From Eledone cirrhosa (Eukaryota), in the NCBI GenBank assembly GCA_964016885.1, contig OZ024749.1:42904001-42968000 (forward strand): a stretch of 64,000 nt of DNA, read 5' to 3'. Position numbers and translations under genes: made by a program. A model generated the notes under the pieces. The model ran no database searches and had not been told where the DNA came from. It worked only from the letters and a program-made list of their open reading frames with translations. Shown piece after piece: positions 17,997-32,091 of the stretch (position 1 is the first letter of the stretch; each line of letters starts with the position of its first letter).

Positions 17997-18513
17997 TGCG
18001 TGTGTATGTGGTGGTATGTGCGTGTATGTGAGGGGATGTAAGTTATGCTTGACATTCTGGCCGATTGTATAAGTTATGAGCTAAACAACCGATGTCGAGT
18101 TATTGAAACAAATTGATGCTATATAACCGTTAACATACTTTAATCAAGCATGCAACTCAGAACCAGAGGGCGACACACTCGTCTACTTTGCTTTAAGAAA
18201 AGTACAACAAAACTGCATAGATCAACGAATTATGAAACGAGTCTTTCATAATATTTACTGAGAATTATAAATATATGAAACAGATTAGTCTTTTGTTAGC
18301 CTGTCGAACGGAAGTTGACGTCGGTATTCTGTATGGTGAATGGCACATGCACACACTATGGTGAATTGGTCGGCTTGTGATAAAATATTTTATTTGTAGA
18401 GCGGAGATGTGAAATATACCCACGTTTATTTATAAAATATATGTCACGTATTATGCACCTTAACTTTTATAAATCAAACTATTTAACAATGCCCCCCCCC
18501 TCTCTCGCTCTCT

Positions 18514-18580
<67 letters not shown>

Positions 18581-18618
18581 ATAGAAACAATAAGTTTATA
18601 TCTCTTTTCACTCCTTGA

Positions 18619-18667
<49 letters not shown>

Positions 18668-18714
18668 GTCTTCACATTTATTATTACTATATATATATAT
18701 ATATATATATATAC

Positions 18715-18916
18715 GTAGGTCCCGGGTTGAGTCGGGGATAACCACAGTAAGTAAGGTACTCAATACATGGCAGAGTAAAATTTTTTATTTTATAGAAGGA
18801 GCTTCTACAGGACTAGTACTGTTTCATTCAGATGAAATCTTCAGGAAGCACTGCTTCCTGAAGATTTCATCTGAATGAAACAGTACTAGTCCTGTAGAAG
18901 CTCCTTCTATAAAATA
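18715..18916. mobile_element. Family A HHR element with perfect fold-back; HHR motif on both strands
   Basis: 65-bp inverted arms 18786-18850/18852-18916. Plus strand reads gcttc-CTGAAGA(18858)-tttc atct gaat-GAAA-cag..ctg-TA-gaagc. Confidence 0.8.
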
Positions 18917-19070
18917 TATATATATATATGTGGGTGTATATATATACACAAACTTTTATATATGTATATGAATATATGTATGCGTGCGTATGTATGTGAA
19001 TAGTGTATGTACATGCACATACACAGACATGCGTGTGTGTGTGCGCGCACACACACCCACACACACACAT

Positions 19071-19102
<32 letters not shown>

Positions 19103-20746
19103 GTGGGTGTGTATTAACCACTCTACTACCCTAAATATCGAGTACTCTGGTGCGTCATGGTCCACCTGGTATCTTACCACACCTTCTTTGTTGTATATAT
19201 ATATATATATAAGTATATATAGGTGTATACAATCTATTATATAGACAAACGCGTATGACGCAACATCCGGAGCTGACGTTTATAAAATCCATTATAAATT
19301 ACATAACATTTCTTCTTTCTTCAGAAATCTTATTCCTATGTTACGTACGTACAATACTTATTCTCATTAGTTTACCTTTGTTTAGATACTTTCACTGAAT
19401 AGTCAGTAACTTACCTGATATATAAACACTAGGTTACTATCATTTCTACCATAGAAATATATTTTCTAGGTTACTATTATACTCATTTACTTTGTCATTT
19501 CTATCTATGCAACAACTTACTCTTGCCGTCTAGTTTACTAATTCTTTACTGGTGAACGTAACTGAAACTTTTATGGTATTTGATGAAGCATGTTTTAGAT
19601 CTTTACCTAAAGTTGTGTCTCCGTACATATTGCATTACAGAATTTCAACACACACTTGTGTACAACTAGCACACAGTCCCCCACTCCCTTTGATTAGCTT
19701 TCAACCTTAGGTACTGTAGGATATCGAATATCTACTTAAGAATGTAATTACTCTATATACTCGAATACGTGACGAGTTATTTTATGATAGCAAGTTATAC
19801 ACAAAAATAAGGTAACTTGCAACATATACAATTATTTATATGAAGGGATATACATTTATGCATTTTCTGGGAGCTAGCGAGTCGGATTGCTTTACATTCT
19901 ATTCTGACAGGACCACGAGGAAGGATGGTCACAATATGGGTGGCAGGGCAATAGCGAGAGAAGTAAGATTGTAGGACAAGACGTTTTTATATATAGATAT
20001 TGTTTTAGTTATGGAGATATTGGCAGTACCTATGGCCCTTTTCTGGGACTCTGAGACTAGTGGAAGGGTGAAAAGGGAAGTACTCTCTAAACGGGACCTT
20101 GTCCTAATCCCTATAACAAAGTAAACTCTACTAAAGGGTTCAAATGGCCAGGTGGAGGTGTTAAAACAGGTGACAAATGAAGTTTACAAAATAATTGTTT
20201 CTACTTTTGGTACAAGGCCAGCAGTTATCTCAGTGCATTACTGGTACTTTATTTTATCAACCCTGTAAGGATGAAAGGCAAAGTTAACCTCGGCGAGATT
20301 TGAACTGATACCATAAAGACCGTAACTCTATGCTGCAAAGCATGGCGTCCGACCCTCTACGGATACTGCTAAATAAATCCTCTTCATAATGGAGGTATAA
20401 ACACAGCGTGAAGTTAATGGATCTGTGGCCTGTGGGTTAGGAGATAGTGTTTCGATGGTGAGGAAACTTCATGCTAATTAGTTTAGTAAGCCTATCATGA
20501 GCTAATGTCTTGAATATCTGTATGTATTGCATCACCATCAACAGTGTTTGTTAATGACCTGGTAAGAATGGTCTGATTGTGTGTGGATAGAGGGAGAGGA
20601 ATGTCAGTCTTTGTGATACAGACTTATGTAAAAAAATCTACTTCAATATCTCACGGTAGTGTGTCAGTGTGTTGAAAAGCAAGACAAGACATTCATCCAA
20701 AACCATAGCTACCCTAGGAGCACATATATAATATACATATGCATCC

Positions 20747-21147
20747 CCGCCGTATATATATATATATATATATATATATACGTTATTCCGGGTTGAATCG
20801 GAGGTAACCACAGTAAGTAAGGTACTCAATACATAGCAGAGTATAACGGTTTTAATATAGATGAGATTCTACAGGACTAGAACTGTTTCATTCATTTGAA
20901 ATCATCAGGAATCTGTATATATATATATATCTGCGAGATCGTATTCCGCCGTATATATATATATATATATATATATACGTTATTCCGGGTTGAATCGGAG
21001 GTAACCACAGTAAGTAAGGTACTCAATACATAGCAGAGTATAACAGTTTTAATATAGATGAGATTCTACAGGACTAGAACTGTTTCATTCATTTGAAATC
21101 ATCAGGAATCTGTATATATATATATATCTGCGAGATCGTATTCCGCC

Positions 21148-21179
<32 letters not shown>

Positions 21180-21548
21180 GTTATTCCGGGTTGAATCGGA
21201 GGTAACCACAGTAAGTAAGGTACTCAATACATAGCAGAGTATAACAGTTTTAATATAGATGAGATTCTACAGGACTAGAACTGTTTCATTCATTTGAAAT
21301 CATCAGGAATCTGTATATATATATATATCTGCGAGATCGTATTCCGCCGTATATATATATATATATATATATATATACGTTATTCCGGGTTGAATCGGAG
21401 GTAACCACAGTAAGTAAGGTACTCAATACATAGCAGAGTATAACAGTTTTAATATAGATGAGATTCTACAGGACTAGAACTGTTTCATTCATTTGAAATC
21501 ATCAGGAATCTGTATATATATATATATCTGCGAGATCGTATTCCGCCG
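20747..21548 (-). repeat. Four-copy ~200-bp tandem array, each unit carrying an intact type I HHR (family A)
   Basis: Minus-strand agattc-CTGATGA-tttc aaat gaat-GAAA-cag ttctagtc ctg-TA-gaatct at 20864-20914, 21061-21111, 21262-21312 and 21461-21511. Confidence 0.85.
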
Positions 21549-21654
21549 GTGGCCAAAAACGAAGCGAAACGCAATTCGAGATATGCGGCAAGCGCTCAAT
21601 GGACTAAAAGAAGACCAGAGAAATTAACTTACATTATAGAGGCCAAACAAAATA

Positions 21655-21732
21655 CAGGGTGTCCTCAAAAATGTATGCATACTTCAAGAGCATTCTAATC
21701 AAAGTATGTATGCATTTTTTGGGGACACCCTG
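21655..21732. mobile_element. 78-bp Tc1/mariner-type MITE with TA target duplication
   Basis: TA-cagggtgtcctcaaaaatgtatgcatactt ... aagtatgtatgcattttttggggacaccctg-TA. A relative lies at 61628-61740. Confidence 0.7.
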
Positions 21733-22134
21733 TATATATATATATATTTATATATGTCAGCGGTATCAACCACATCATTACTACTAATTTTCCTAGATAC
21801 AATGCATGTACTGTTTAAGAAACAGTAGGATGTCTTATAAGAAATCAAGATATATATATATATAGATCAGTCAGTGTATGAGTGTGCATGTGTGTGTACG
21901 AGAGAGAGAGAGAGAGAGAGGGAGAGAGGGAGAGAGAAAGAGAGAGAGAGAGAGAGTGCGTGTGTGTATGATTTTATTACTTCCGTTCCTGTGAAACACG
22001 TGTCTATAAAGAGGAGAAAGAGCCTTTGATATCTTAACTCATCCTTATATATATAAGGAAGCATTGCTCATCTTTCATAAATTCCACTCAATTAGCGCAT
22101 GTGTGAGTGTATATATATATATATCTATCTCTAC

Positions 22135-22216
<82 letters not shown>

Positions 22217-22343
22217 CTCTATATATACATATATAGGTGTGATTGTATTTAACGCACGCACACACATACATACATACACACACATACATATATGCACATA
22301 TATATATATATATATATATAGGTACATATACATACATAAATAC

Positions 22344-22400
<57 letters not shown>

Positions 22401-22568
22401 GATTTCATCATGCTCAATTCACTTCCTTTATGTATACCGAGACACATCAAAGACGGAAGTGTTGTAGCAACTTTAGAACATAACACATACTAAATTCCTT
22501 GCGGTATCCATCTCCGGACTCTTATGATCCGTGTTCAAATCCAGCTGAAGTCAACTTTCATTCTTTTC

Positions 22569-22629
<61 letters not shown>

Positions 22630-22914
22630 CAGCTCACACCTATGCAGGTTTAGCTGGCCTCCTCCAAGGTATATCTCGTTGGGGGTGTCTTGGGTGATTT
22701 AATGATAGGGACCCCCGTCCTTTCATCTCATTTCTACAGCTGAGTAAACTGGAGCAACGGTGAAATAAAGTGTCTTGCTCAAGGAAATAACACATCACCC
22801 GGTCCGAGAATTGAACTGACAACCTTTCGATTGCAAGCCCAATGCTCTAACCGTCTTGTTATTATGGTTAAATAAAACAATAATACGTTTATCGTGGGGA
22901 TATATATTTCTGTA

Positions 22915-23284
22915 ATAGTTTCTGATTTAGGTACAAGGCCAACAATTTTGGAGGAAGGGAAGGGCAAAAGAGGATTACTCGACCCCAGTGCGTGACTGGT
23001 ATTTTCTTTTATCGACCCGGTAAGGATCAAAGGCACAGCTAACATCGGCGGGATTTGAACTCAAGGCGTAAAGGGCCGCAAGACAATGCCAGAATATAAT
23101 TGTTTCTACTTTAGGCACAAGGCCAGCAATTACCCAGTGCATTACTGGTACTTTATTTTATCTACCCCGTAAGGATGAATGGCAAAGTTAACCTCGGCGG
23201 GATTTGAACTCAGAATGGCAAGGGCCGTAACTTTATGCGTCAAAGCATGGCGTCCGACCCTCTACCGATACTGCCAATCCACCT
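22915..23284 (-). mobile_element. Major SINE, two copies
   Basis: Same consensus. Single minus-strand copies also lie at 20192-20370, 23753-23936, 26540-26728 and 34372-34560, and a pair at 31240-31640. Confidence 0.85.
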
Positions 23285-23382
23285 ATAATACATGAAAGAC
23301 GTAAATGGAAGCATAATAGTGGATCGTGAGGACATGCACTCACAAACATACACAAATACTCAAACTCTCACACATTTGTGTG

Positions 23383-23448
<66 letters not shown>

Positions 23449-23562
23449 ATATATATATATATATGTATATGTATATATATGCTTACACAAGTATAACACA
23501 ATGGGCTATGAAGTCATCGAGTGTTCTATGAAAACTTCTGGTTATGCGAGATATTTTCGTCT

Positions 23563-23632
<70 letters not shown>

Positions 23633-24287
23633 CACATACAATGACACATGCACATACATATCTGTTTCTCCGTTCCTTGTACTGCCAATGTGTTTATTCT
23701 CTCATCATTGCCATTACTTTCATTATATTTGGCTTATTTATATATATATATAACTGTTTCTATTTTAGGCACAGGGCCAGCAATTATCCAGTGCATTACT
23801 GGTACTTTATTTTATCGACCCCGTAAGGATGAAAGGCAAAGTCAACCTCGGCGGGATTTGAACTCAGATCGTAAAGGGACGTAACTATGCTGGAAAGCAT
23901 GGCGTCCGACCCTCCACCGATACTGCCAATCCACCGATATATAATATATGTATATATGTATATATGTATATATGTATATATGTATATAGAGTAGCAGAGA
24001 TATTATTAAACGCGCTAATAAATCTTTATTTTATTACCCTATTGTTTTTATATACATATATATATATATGTTATCTCCCTCTCTCTGTATATATGCGTGT
24101 GTTCGTGTGTGCGTGTGCGTGTGTGTATGTGTGTTTGAACCTGGATGCGGTACCTGGCTGCCTTCCAGTCCGTCTGCATTGATTAATTCACCTGTAGATA
24201 TAAATCCATATATATATATATATGTACATATGTGTGTGTGTGTGTGTGTGTACATATATATATATGTGTGTGTGTGTGTGTATGTGT

Positions 24288-24404
<117 letters not shown>

Positions 24405-24725
24405 TAGACATATGTGCGTGTTAGTACTAACATATAGATGCATACATATATGTTTGTGCCTACATATACATACATACATACATACATACATGCACACACA
24501 TATATATATATATATATACAGTGTTGACAGTTGGGTCACAATAATAGAGAACTATGAGTCAGGTAAATCTAGTAATACAAACCTGTGGAATATCAAGTCT
24601 CTATCAGGGCAGCCATTGATATGTAGGTCACCAATTGTTGTGTTCATATTACGTCCCTGTCTTGCTTGACACAGATCTATGCATTATGGCGCAAACTTTA
24701 TCGTGTATTGCATTGTGTCTTTCAC

Positions 24726-24768
<43 letters not shown>

Positions 24769-24840
24769 GGGTCATACTTGTTCCTATATATATATATATA
24801 TGCGTTATGGTCCATCTGGTTTCTTACTACAATTCCTTCG

Positions 24841-24938
<98 letters not shown>

Positions 24939-24947
24939 GTATATATG

Positions 24948-24998
<51 letters not shown>

Positions 24999-25055
24999 GT
25001 ATATATATGTATATATGTATATATATATATGTATATATGTATATATATATATGTA

Positions 25056-25098
<43 letters not shown>

Positions 25099-25309
25099 AT
25101 ATATATATATATATATATGTATATAATATATATATATGAATCTACACATATACACATAAGTATATATATATACGCATACATACATTTGTATATAATAAAT
25201 AATTATGACACAGGTGTTTTCTCGCAGGACACTAATCACAAAACAGAAATACATAGATAGAGAGAGAGAGAGAGAGAGATAGCTAGATAGATAGAGTGAA
25301 ATATATAGT

Positions 25310-25343
<34 letters not shown>

Positions 25344-25372
25344 GATAGAGAGCGAGAGAGAAAGAAAGCGAT

Positions 25373-25420
<48 letters not shown>

Positions 25421-25428
25421 GTGGATAG

Positions 25429-25479
<51 letters not shown>

Positions 25480-25870
25480 ATTTGTCGCAGCTGACATAAA
25501 TGAATTGGTGTTAATTTCAATGTGAAAATTAGATTAATTTTATACATAAAATAATAACAATAAAACAACAATAACACAAAGAAAAACAAACATTAAACAA
25601 TGAAACAAAATATGCCAGGGTCAAAGTTCAAATAGTTTTATTCTAAAGAATATCTATAAAACATCCAGTTGCTCTAAATAATCATAGCACAACAGTATGA
25701 AATACACGACTACATTAAACACAAACACAAAGATATGGTCCGAACTCCCACTGTCATCGCCTCCATCTCTTTCGCCCTCCCCATCTCTGTGTATGGGGGT
25801 GCAAATGGGGTCCCACATGCTGGCCGCCCCACAGCCCCGGCGGACAGAATGGAGAAGGGGAATATCTAAT

Positions 25871-26077
25871 ATACGAGGTTCGGCTGAAAAGTTCATAGCC
25901 TGATCAAGACACTCTCATGGAATTACCAAATATGGTTTATTTTTTCAACATAGTCTCTGGAAAGAAACAATGCAGTTATAGATTAAAAAGAGTTGAAATT
26001 AATGCATGCAAGATTTCACAGCTCTAGCATCACTCCTTCATAGTGATCCTATGAACGTTTCAGCCGACCATCGTCTA
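25871..26077. mobile_element. Mariner-like MITE
   Basis: TA-cgaggttcggctgaaaagttcatag ... ctatgaacgtttcagccgaccatcg terminal inverted repeats. Confidence 0.7.
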
Positions 26078-26334
26078 TAGATATTGTATGTGTGGGCCCG
26101 TCACTCCTCATTGAGTCGTATGGGTGACGTTTTCGGATATTTTAAAACTTGCGACGTCCATCTTTCTTCGGGCATGAAGGGAGATATTTTTCTTCAAGAG
26201 AAGAAGCGACAAAGGGGATGTGAGAAAGAGATTGATGATATTGAGCCAGTACTTAACTGGTCCTTTATTTTATCGACTCCAAAAGGATGAAATGCAAAGC
26301 TGAAGCCTTGGGAATATTTTATATATATATATAT

Positions 26335-26485
26335 AGTTTCAGAAGATCCCGTAATAGGGTGAAAGCAGAAATTCTTTGCTTAAACTTTAATCTGTACTGT
26401 AATAAATATTTGCTCTACGGGTTTATACAGCATAAATATACAATCCTTATCGAGCCCTCTTCAGATTTTGGTCTTCGTAATTATT
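26335..26485 (+). mobile_element. Family B HHR element, un-inverted layout
   Basis: CAGAAGA at 26340 and GAAA at 26361, then a 3' tail ending ttatcgagccctcttcagattttggtcttc. Relatives lie at 1130-1270, 7829-7900, 33770-33950 and 49385-49548. Confidence 0.7.
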
Positions 26486-26893
26486 ATTACTATATATATA
26501 TATATATATGTGTGTGTGTGCGTGTGTATATATAATATATAATTGTTTCTATTTTAGGCACAGGGCCAGCAATTACCCAGTGCATTATTGGTACTTTATT
26601 TTATCGACCCCGTAAGGATGAAAGGCAAAGTCAACCTCGGCGGGATTTGAACTCAGATCGTAAAGGGACGTAACTATGCTGGAAAGCATGACGTCCGACC
26701 CTCTACCGATACTGCCAATCCACCGCCCATCATAATATATAATGTATAGAGGTACCGATCTATCCATTCTCTTGTGCGGAGCAATTTCTAAAAATCGATA
26801 TTACTGGCAACATACTTTGCTATCTATATATACTAACCAATTAACCTAACTCTTTTTGTGCCTATGTATAACTCTCACTCTCTCTTTCTCTCC

Positions 26894-26935
<42 letters not shown>

Positions 26936-27434
26936 TTCACTGTCATCCCTTTACCCTCCTATTATATTATCTACAGATCTGTGTCACATATTTTGTTCAC
27001 AGAACGAATAAATGAGATCCATTTATTCATAAACCCTGGGTATGTATGTTTATCGATTCAAACAAATACGTTTGAGTATGAAATCATATATGTATATATA
27101 TATATATATATATTAGTAAGCGGGTGGTCATGTAAATTTTCATGTATGTATGTGTATATTATATATACATTTGCATGTCTAAAATATGAATATCCTCTTA
27201 TTCCATGAACATTACGTTGTGGATACGCTGATCTGTGAGATGCTCAATAATTTACACTCAATAATTTACACTCAATAATTTACACTCAATAATTTACACC
27301 AACCTACTTCGTTGGTCGAACAAATAGAAAACTCGCTGCCAAAAACCGACGGAGGTTCATTTCTAACATACAATTTTGTGCATCAATTTCTTTTCTCGTT
27401 TATTACAACATCTTAAGATTGAAAATATGAGCAG

Positions 27435-27605
27435 CTAATATCCAAACTTTCCCTTGGAAAACATCCGTGGCCTGGAGACCGGAGACTGGTATGAATGGCC
27501 GACTGTTTTGTCTTCCACAAACAAACCTTGCCCAGGCTTGGGCCTTAGAGGGAAACTTTCTAGATGCACAGCCATGGTCATTCGTGACCGATTAGGGGTC
27601 CTTAA
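27435..27605 (-). mobile_element. Interspersed repeat fragment, possibly a LINE/SINE untranslated region
   Basis: GC-richer island resembling a repeat recalled from octopus genomes. Single copy in this window, not verified. Confidence 0.35.
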
Positions 27606-28519
27606 GAAAGAATATACAGCTTTTATATTCAAGGAAGACTGTTTTGGTTACTTTGAAGGGTTCTGGCAACATAAACATCCATCATCTTCTGCTAAGAAGA
27701 TGAAAGCCAGTCATCTGATATTTACATTGCTAGAACTTTCCAAAGACATACTTTCTAAATATCATCACTTCATTTACTTCATGTATAGAGATGTCTGACC
27801 AAGTGGTTATGATCTTGTGACCACAATAATAAGACTTCGGTTTCGTATCCCAGATGAACTGCGCATCATCTCCTTGAGCAAAACACTTCACCCAACATAA
27901 AAGCTCAATTCAGCTGAAAAATATATATAGCTACATATGTAGACCTGTGTCTGTTTGTGAGAAAAACAACCTCGTGCTAAAGGTCACATTTAGGAAAACA
28001 AACAAACAAACAAAAAAAAAACAACAACTTACCATCACTAAACTATACTAGTGTCAATGTCAATGTCAAGGATGATGATGACAATGATGATGATGATGAT
28101 TATAATCACTTTGGTAGTGATAATGATGATGATGATGGTGGTGGTGATGGTGAAGAAGAATTGGATGATATTTTTGGCACTGCTGCTTCAAATGATGATG
28201 ATGATGATGATGATGATGATGGCTGATGATGATAAAGAGGAAGAGAAAGAGGAGAAGAGTGATGATAGTGCGGTGGTGTAGAAGAGGAGGAAATGGATGA
28301 GGATATTGATGACACTGCTGCTTCAGGTGATGACGGTGACGATAGGAAATAAATGCGGTAATTAGGACAACGACAGCGTTCATGACAATATGATGACAAA
28401 ATGATGACATTGTCGATTGCCATAAAGATGATTATGATGATGATGGTGATGATAAAAATGAAGAGGGGTTTCGACAAACCCGGTTCTGTGTTGTTAGAAG
28501 GAAAAATCTTTCCTTCCAC

Positions 28520-29530
28520 ACCCATCATTATCAACATTATCACCATACATCCCTTTAAGTTAGAAGCAAAGTCCTCTCCCACACCTCAACATTATCAATA
28601 TTATCATCATTATCAACATTATCACCATACATCCCTTTAAGTTAGAAGCAAAGTCCTCTCCCACACCTCAACATTATCAATATTATCAATATTATCAAAA
28701 TTATCAACATTATCACCTTACAGCCGTTTAAGTTAGAAGCAAAGTCCTCTCCCACACCTCAACATAATCAATATTATCAACATTATCAACATTATCACCA
28801 TACAGCCCTTTAAGTTAGAAGCAAAGTCCTCTCCCACACCCCAACATTATCAATATTATCAATATTATCAAAATTATCAACATTATCACCTTACAGCCCT
28901 TTAAGTTAGAAGCAAAGTCCCCTCCCACACCTCAACATTATCAATATTATCAAAATTATCAACATTATCACCTTACAGCCCTTTAAGTTAGAAGCAAAGT
29001 CCCCTCCCACACCTCAACATTATCAATATTATCAAAATTATCAACATTATCACCTTACAGCCCTTTAAGTTAGAAGCAAAGTCCCCTCCCACACCTCAAC
29101 ATTATCAATATTATCAAAAGTATCAACATTATCACCTTACAGCCCTTTAAGTTAGAAGCAAAGTCCTCTCCCACACCTCAACATTATCAATATTATCAAA
29201 AGTATCAACATTATCACCTTACAGCCCTTTAAGTTAGAAGCAAAGTCCTCTCCCACACCTCAACATTATCAACATTATCAATATTATCAACATTATCACC
29301 ATACATCCCTTTAAGTTAGAAGCAAAGTCCTCTCCCACACCTCAACATTATCAATATTATCAATATTATCAACATTATCAACATTATCACCATACATCCC
29401 TTTAAGTTAGAAGCAAAGTCCTCTCCCACACCTCAACATAATCAATATTATCAAAATTATCAACATTATCACCTTACAGCCCTTTAAGTTAGAAGCAAAG
29501 TTATCTATCGCCCCCCATCATTATCAACAT
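28520..29530 (+). repeat. Compound minisatellite, units of 82/91 bp, about 11 copies
   Basis: Constant ccctttaagttagaagcaaagtcctctcccacacc plus a variable number of 9-bp attatcaa(c/t/a) subunits. Confidence 0.95.
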
Positions 29531-29597
29531 AATCAACATTATCATCATAAAACCCATCACCATCAACACCATCTCTGTCATCATTCGTGTGTGCGTG

Positions 29598-29633
<36 letters not shown>

Positions 29634-29672
29634 TGTGTGTGTGTGTGTGTGCGTGTGTGTGTGCATGTGTGC

Positions 29673-29797
<125 letters not shown>

Positions 29798-30879
29798 TGT
29801 GTGTGTGTTTATAGATTAGACAGAACGGAGAACATTGCCCATGGTTCTTTTCAGAGCCTCCGAGACCGAGACTGGTGGTGGTGGTGGTGGTGGTGGTGGG
29901 TGAGGGAGGAGGGTGGTATCCCCAACCTAGAAACGTGGCCCGAATGGTTGCAGCTGAGTGGATTTCACTAAATACACCCAGGGACCAAGTGGTGGTGCCG
30001 GTAATGTTAAACCTAGTGACGTATTATGTCTACCACTCATGCATGTGTTCGGGTGCATGAGTGTCTGTAATTGTGTGCATGCGCGTGAGTGTGCCTGCGC
30101 GCGTGTGTGTGCATGCGTGTGTGTGTGTGTGTGCATGCGTGTGCGTGTGTTTCTCCGTATGTGCTTGAACAGAGGGAATTCCCTTGTGCTGCCGTGGTTG
30201 TAAATGTGTGTGCAGAGCAAAGGAGAGATAGGTAGAGAGAGAGAGAGCAAGAGAGCGGAGAGAGAGGAGGAGAGAAAGAGAGAGAGAGAAGGTGAAAGAG
30301 AGAGAGGGGGGGGGGCAAGAGAGAAGGTGAAAGAGAGAAGAGGGGGGGGGGGACAAGAGAGAAAGTGAAAGAGAGAGGAGGGGGGGGGCAAGAGAGATGA
30401 GAAAGAATGGCTTATGGACAGGAATATATCTTCTAGATGTCGAGTGTATTTTCATTAAATTTCGTTAATTTTTCAAGTTCAAATTCACCCAATTGTCCTA
30501 CAATGCAGAGGCAAACGGTGGTGGCCCTTACTAACAATCTATTTTAATCATTAAGACAGCTTAACAATCCGAGAATTTGAAGGATTTACGGTCCGAGAGT
30601 ACATTTCCTACAGCATAACAATCTCAACATAACAACAACAACAATATAAACGCCAAGAACAACTACCACAACACCAATAACAATATTGCCATCTACATAA
30701 GGATCATGAACAGAAGAAACAACAACAAGTGCCAAGGCCAAGGCCAACTGTAAAGATTAACAACAGCAACAAAGACATCATCAACAACAGGAATGTAAAC
30801 ATCAACAACTAAAAACATAAACACCGAAAACTAACAACAGAAACATTAGCAACAATATAAACATTAACTAACAACAACA

Positions 30880-31235
30880 CCATGAGTATCATCACATCAT
30901 TAGTATAACAACAACAACGACAACAACATTATGACAAAGTCATAACAACAACAACAGCATCATCAATAACATCACATCATTAGTATAACAACACCAACAG
31001 CACTAAGTCAAAGTCATACCACATGGTTAGTATAACAACAACAACAACACCAACATTATGACAAAGTCACAACAACAACAACATCATCAATAACATCACA
31101 TCATTAGTATAACAACACCAACGGCACTAAGTCAAAGTCATACCACATCGTTAGTATAACAACAACAACACCAACATTATGACAAAGTCATAACAAAAAC
31201 AACACCATCAATAACATAACATCATTAGTATAACA
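30880..31235 (+). repeat. Degenerate ~125-bp tandem repeat built on (CAA)n
   Basis: Recurring acatcattagtataacaaca and attatgacaaagtca blocks. Confidence 0.8.
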
Positions 31236-31750
31236 AAACAATTTAGGCACAAGACGAACAAATTTGACGACAGGTGAAAGTAGATTAAAACGACCCCCCG
31301 TGTATTACTGGTACTTTATTTTGTCGATCTCAGTAATGCTGAAAGGCAAAGCAAACCTCGGCGTGATTTAAATTCATTACGCAAAGGGACGTAACTATAT
31401 ACCACAAAATGTTGTCCGATGCTCAAACGATTACTGTCAACCCACAATTCAACAACGAATAAGGGTTTCTGATTTAGGCACGAGGGCAACAATTTTGGGG
31501 GTAAAGCAAAGTCGATTAAGTCAACACCAGTGCATTACTGGTACTTTATTTTAGCGACCAGCGTAAGGATGAAAAGCAAAGTTAACCTCGGAAGATTTGA
31601 ACCAAGTACGCAAAGGGACGTAACTATATACCACAAAGACAATCTACATCCCTACAATTCAACAACAACTAATAACAACTATAACAACAACAGAACAACA
31701 ACAACAACAACAACAACACAATTACATGAAAACAGTTTTAACAACACCAA

Positions 31751-31788
<38 letters not shown>

Positions 31789-32091
31789 GTATCACCATGG
31801 AACCAATAGGGGTATCTCGGCGTAGTTGGTCGACCTTAGCAACCACATCTCCTTCACACACTACCGTCTTAATTATGGAAGGGTCACATTGGATAATGTA
31901 GTCCTAGATACACTATGTCTGAAAAAAAGAGAGAGAAAAAATACGGGATTGTGACGGTAAAAATTTGCTTTTGATCACAGATCTGCACAGTCAGTGCTGA
32001 CCCTAGGAGACAACAACAACGACATCAATAACAGCTTTGATCTCATGGGTTTAGGAAGAGCCTGCAAAGGTCATGGGTAGGGGTCCGTCCT

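Noticed and set aside
18163-18177. CTCF-like ccagagggcgac
   Set aside because: Partial match, expected by chance in 64 kb.
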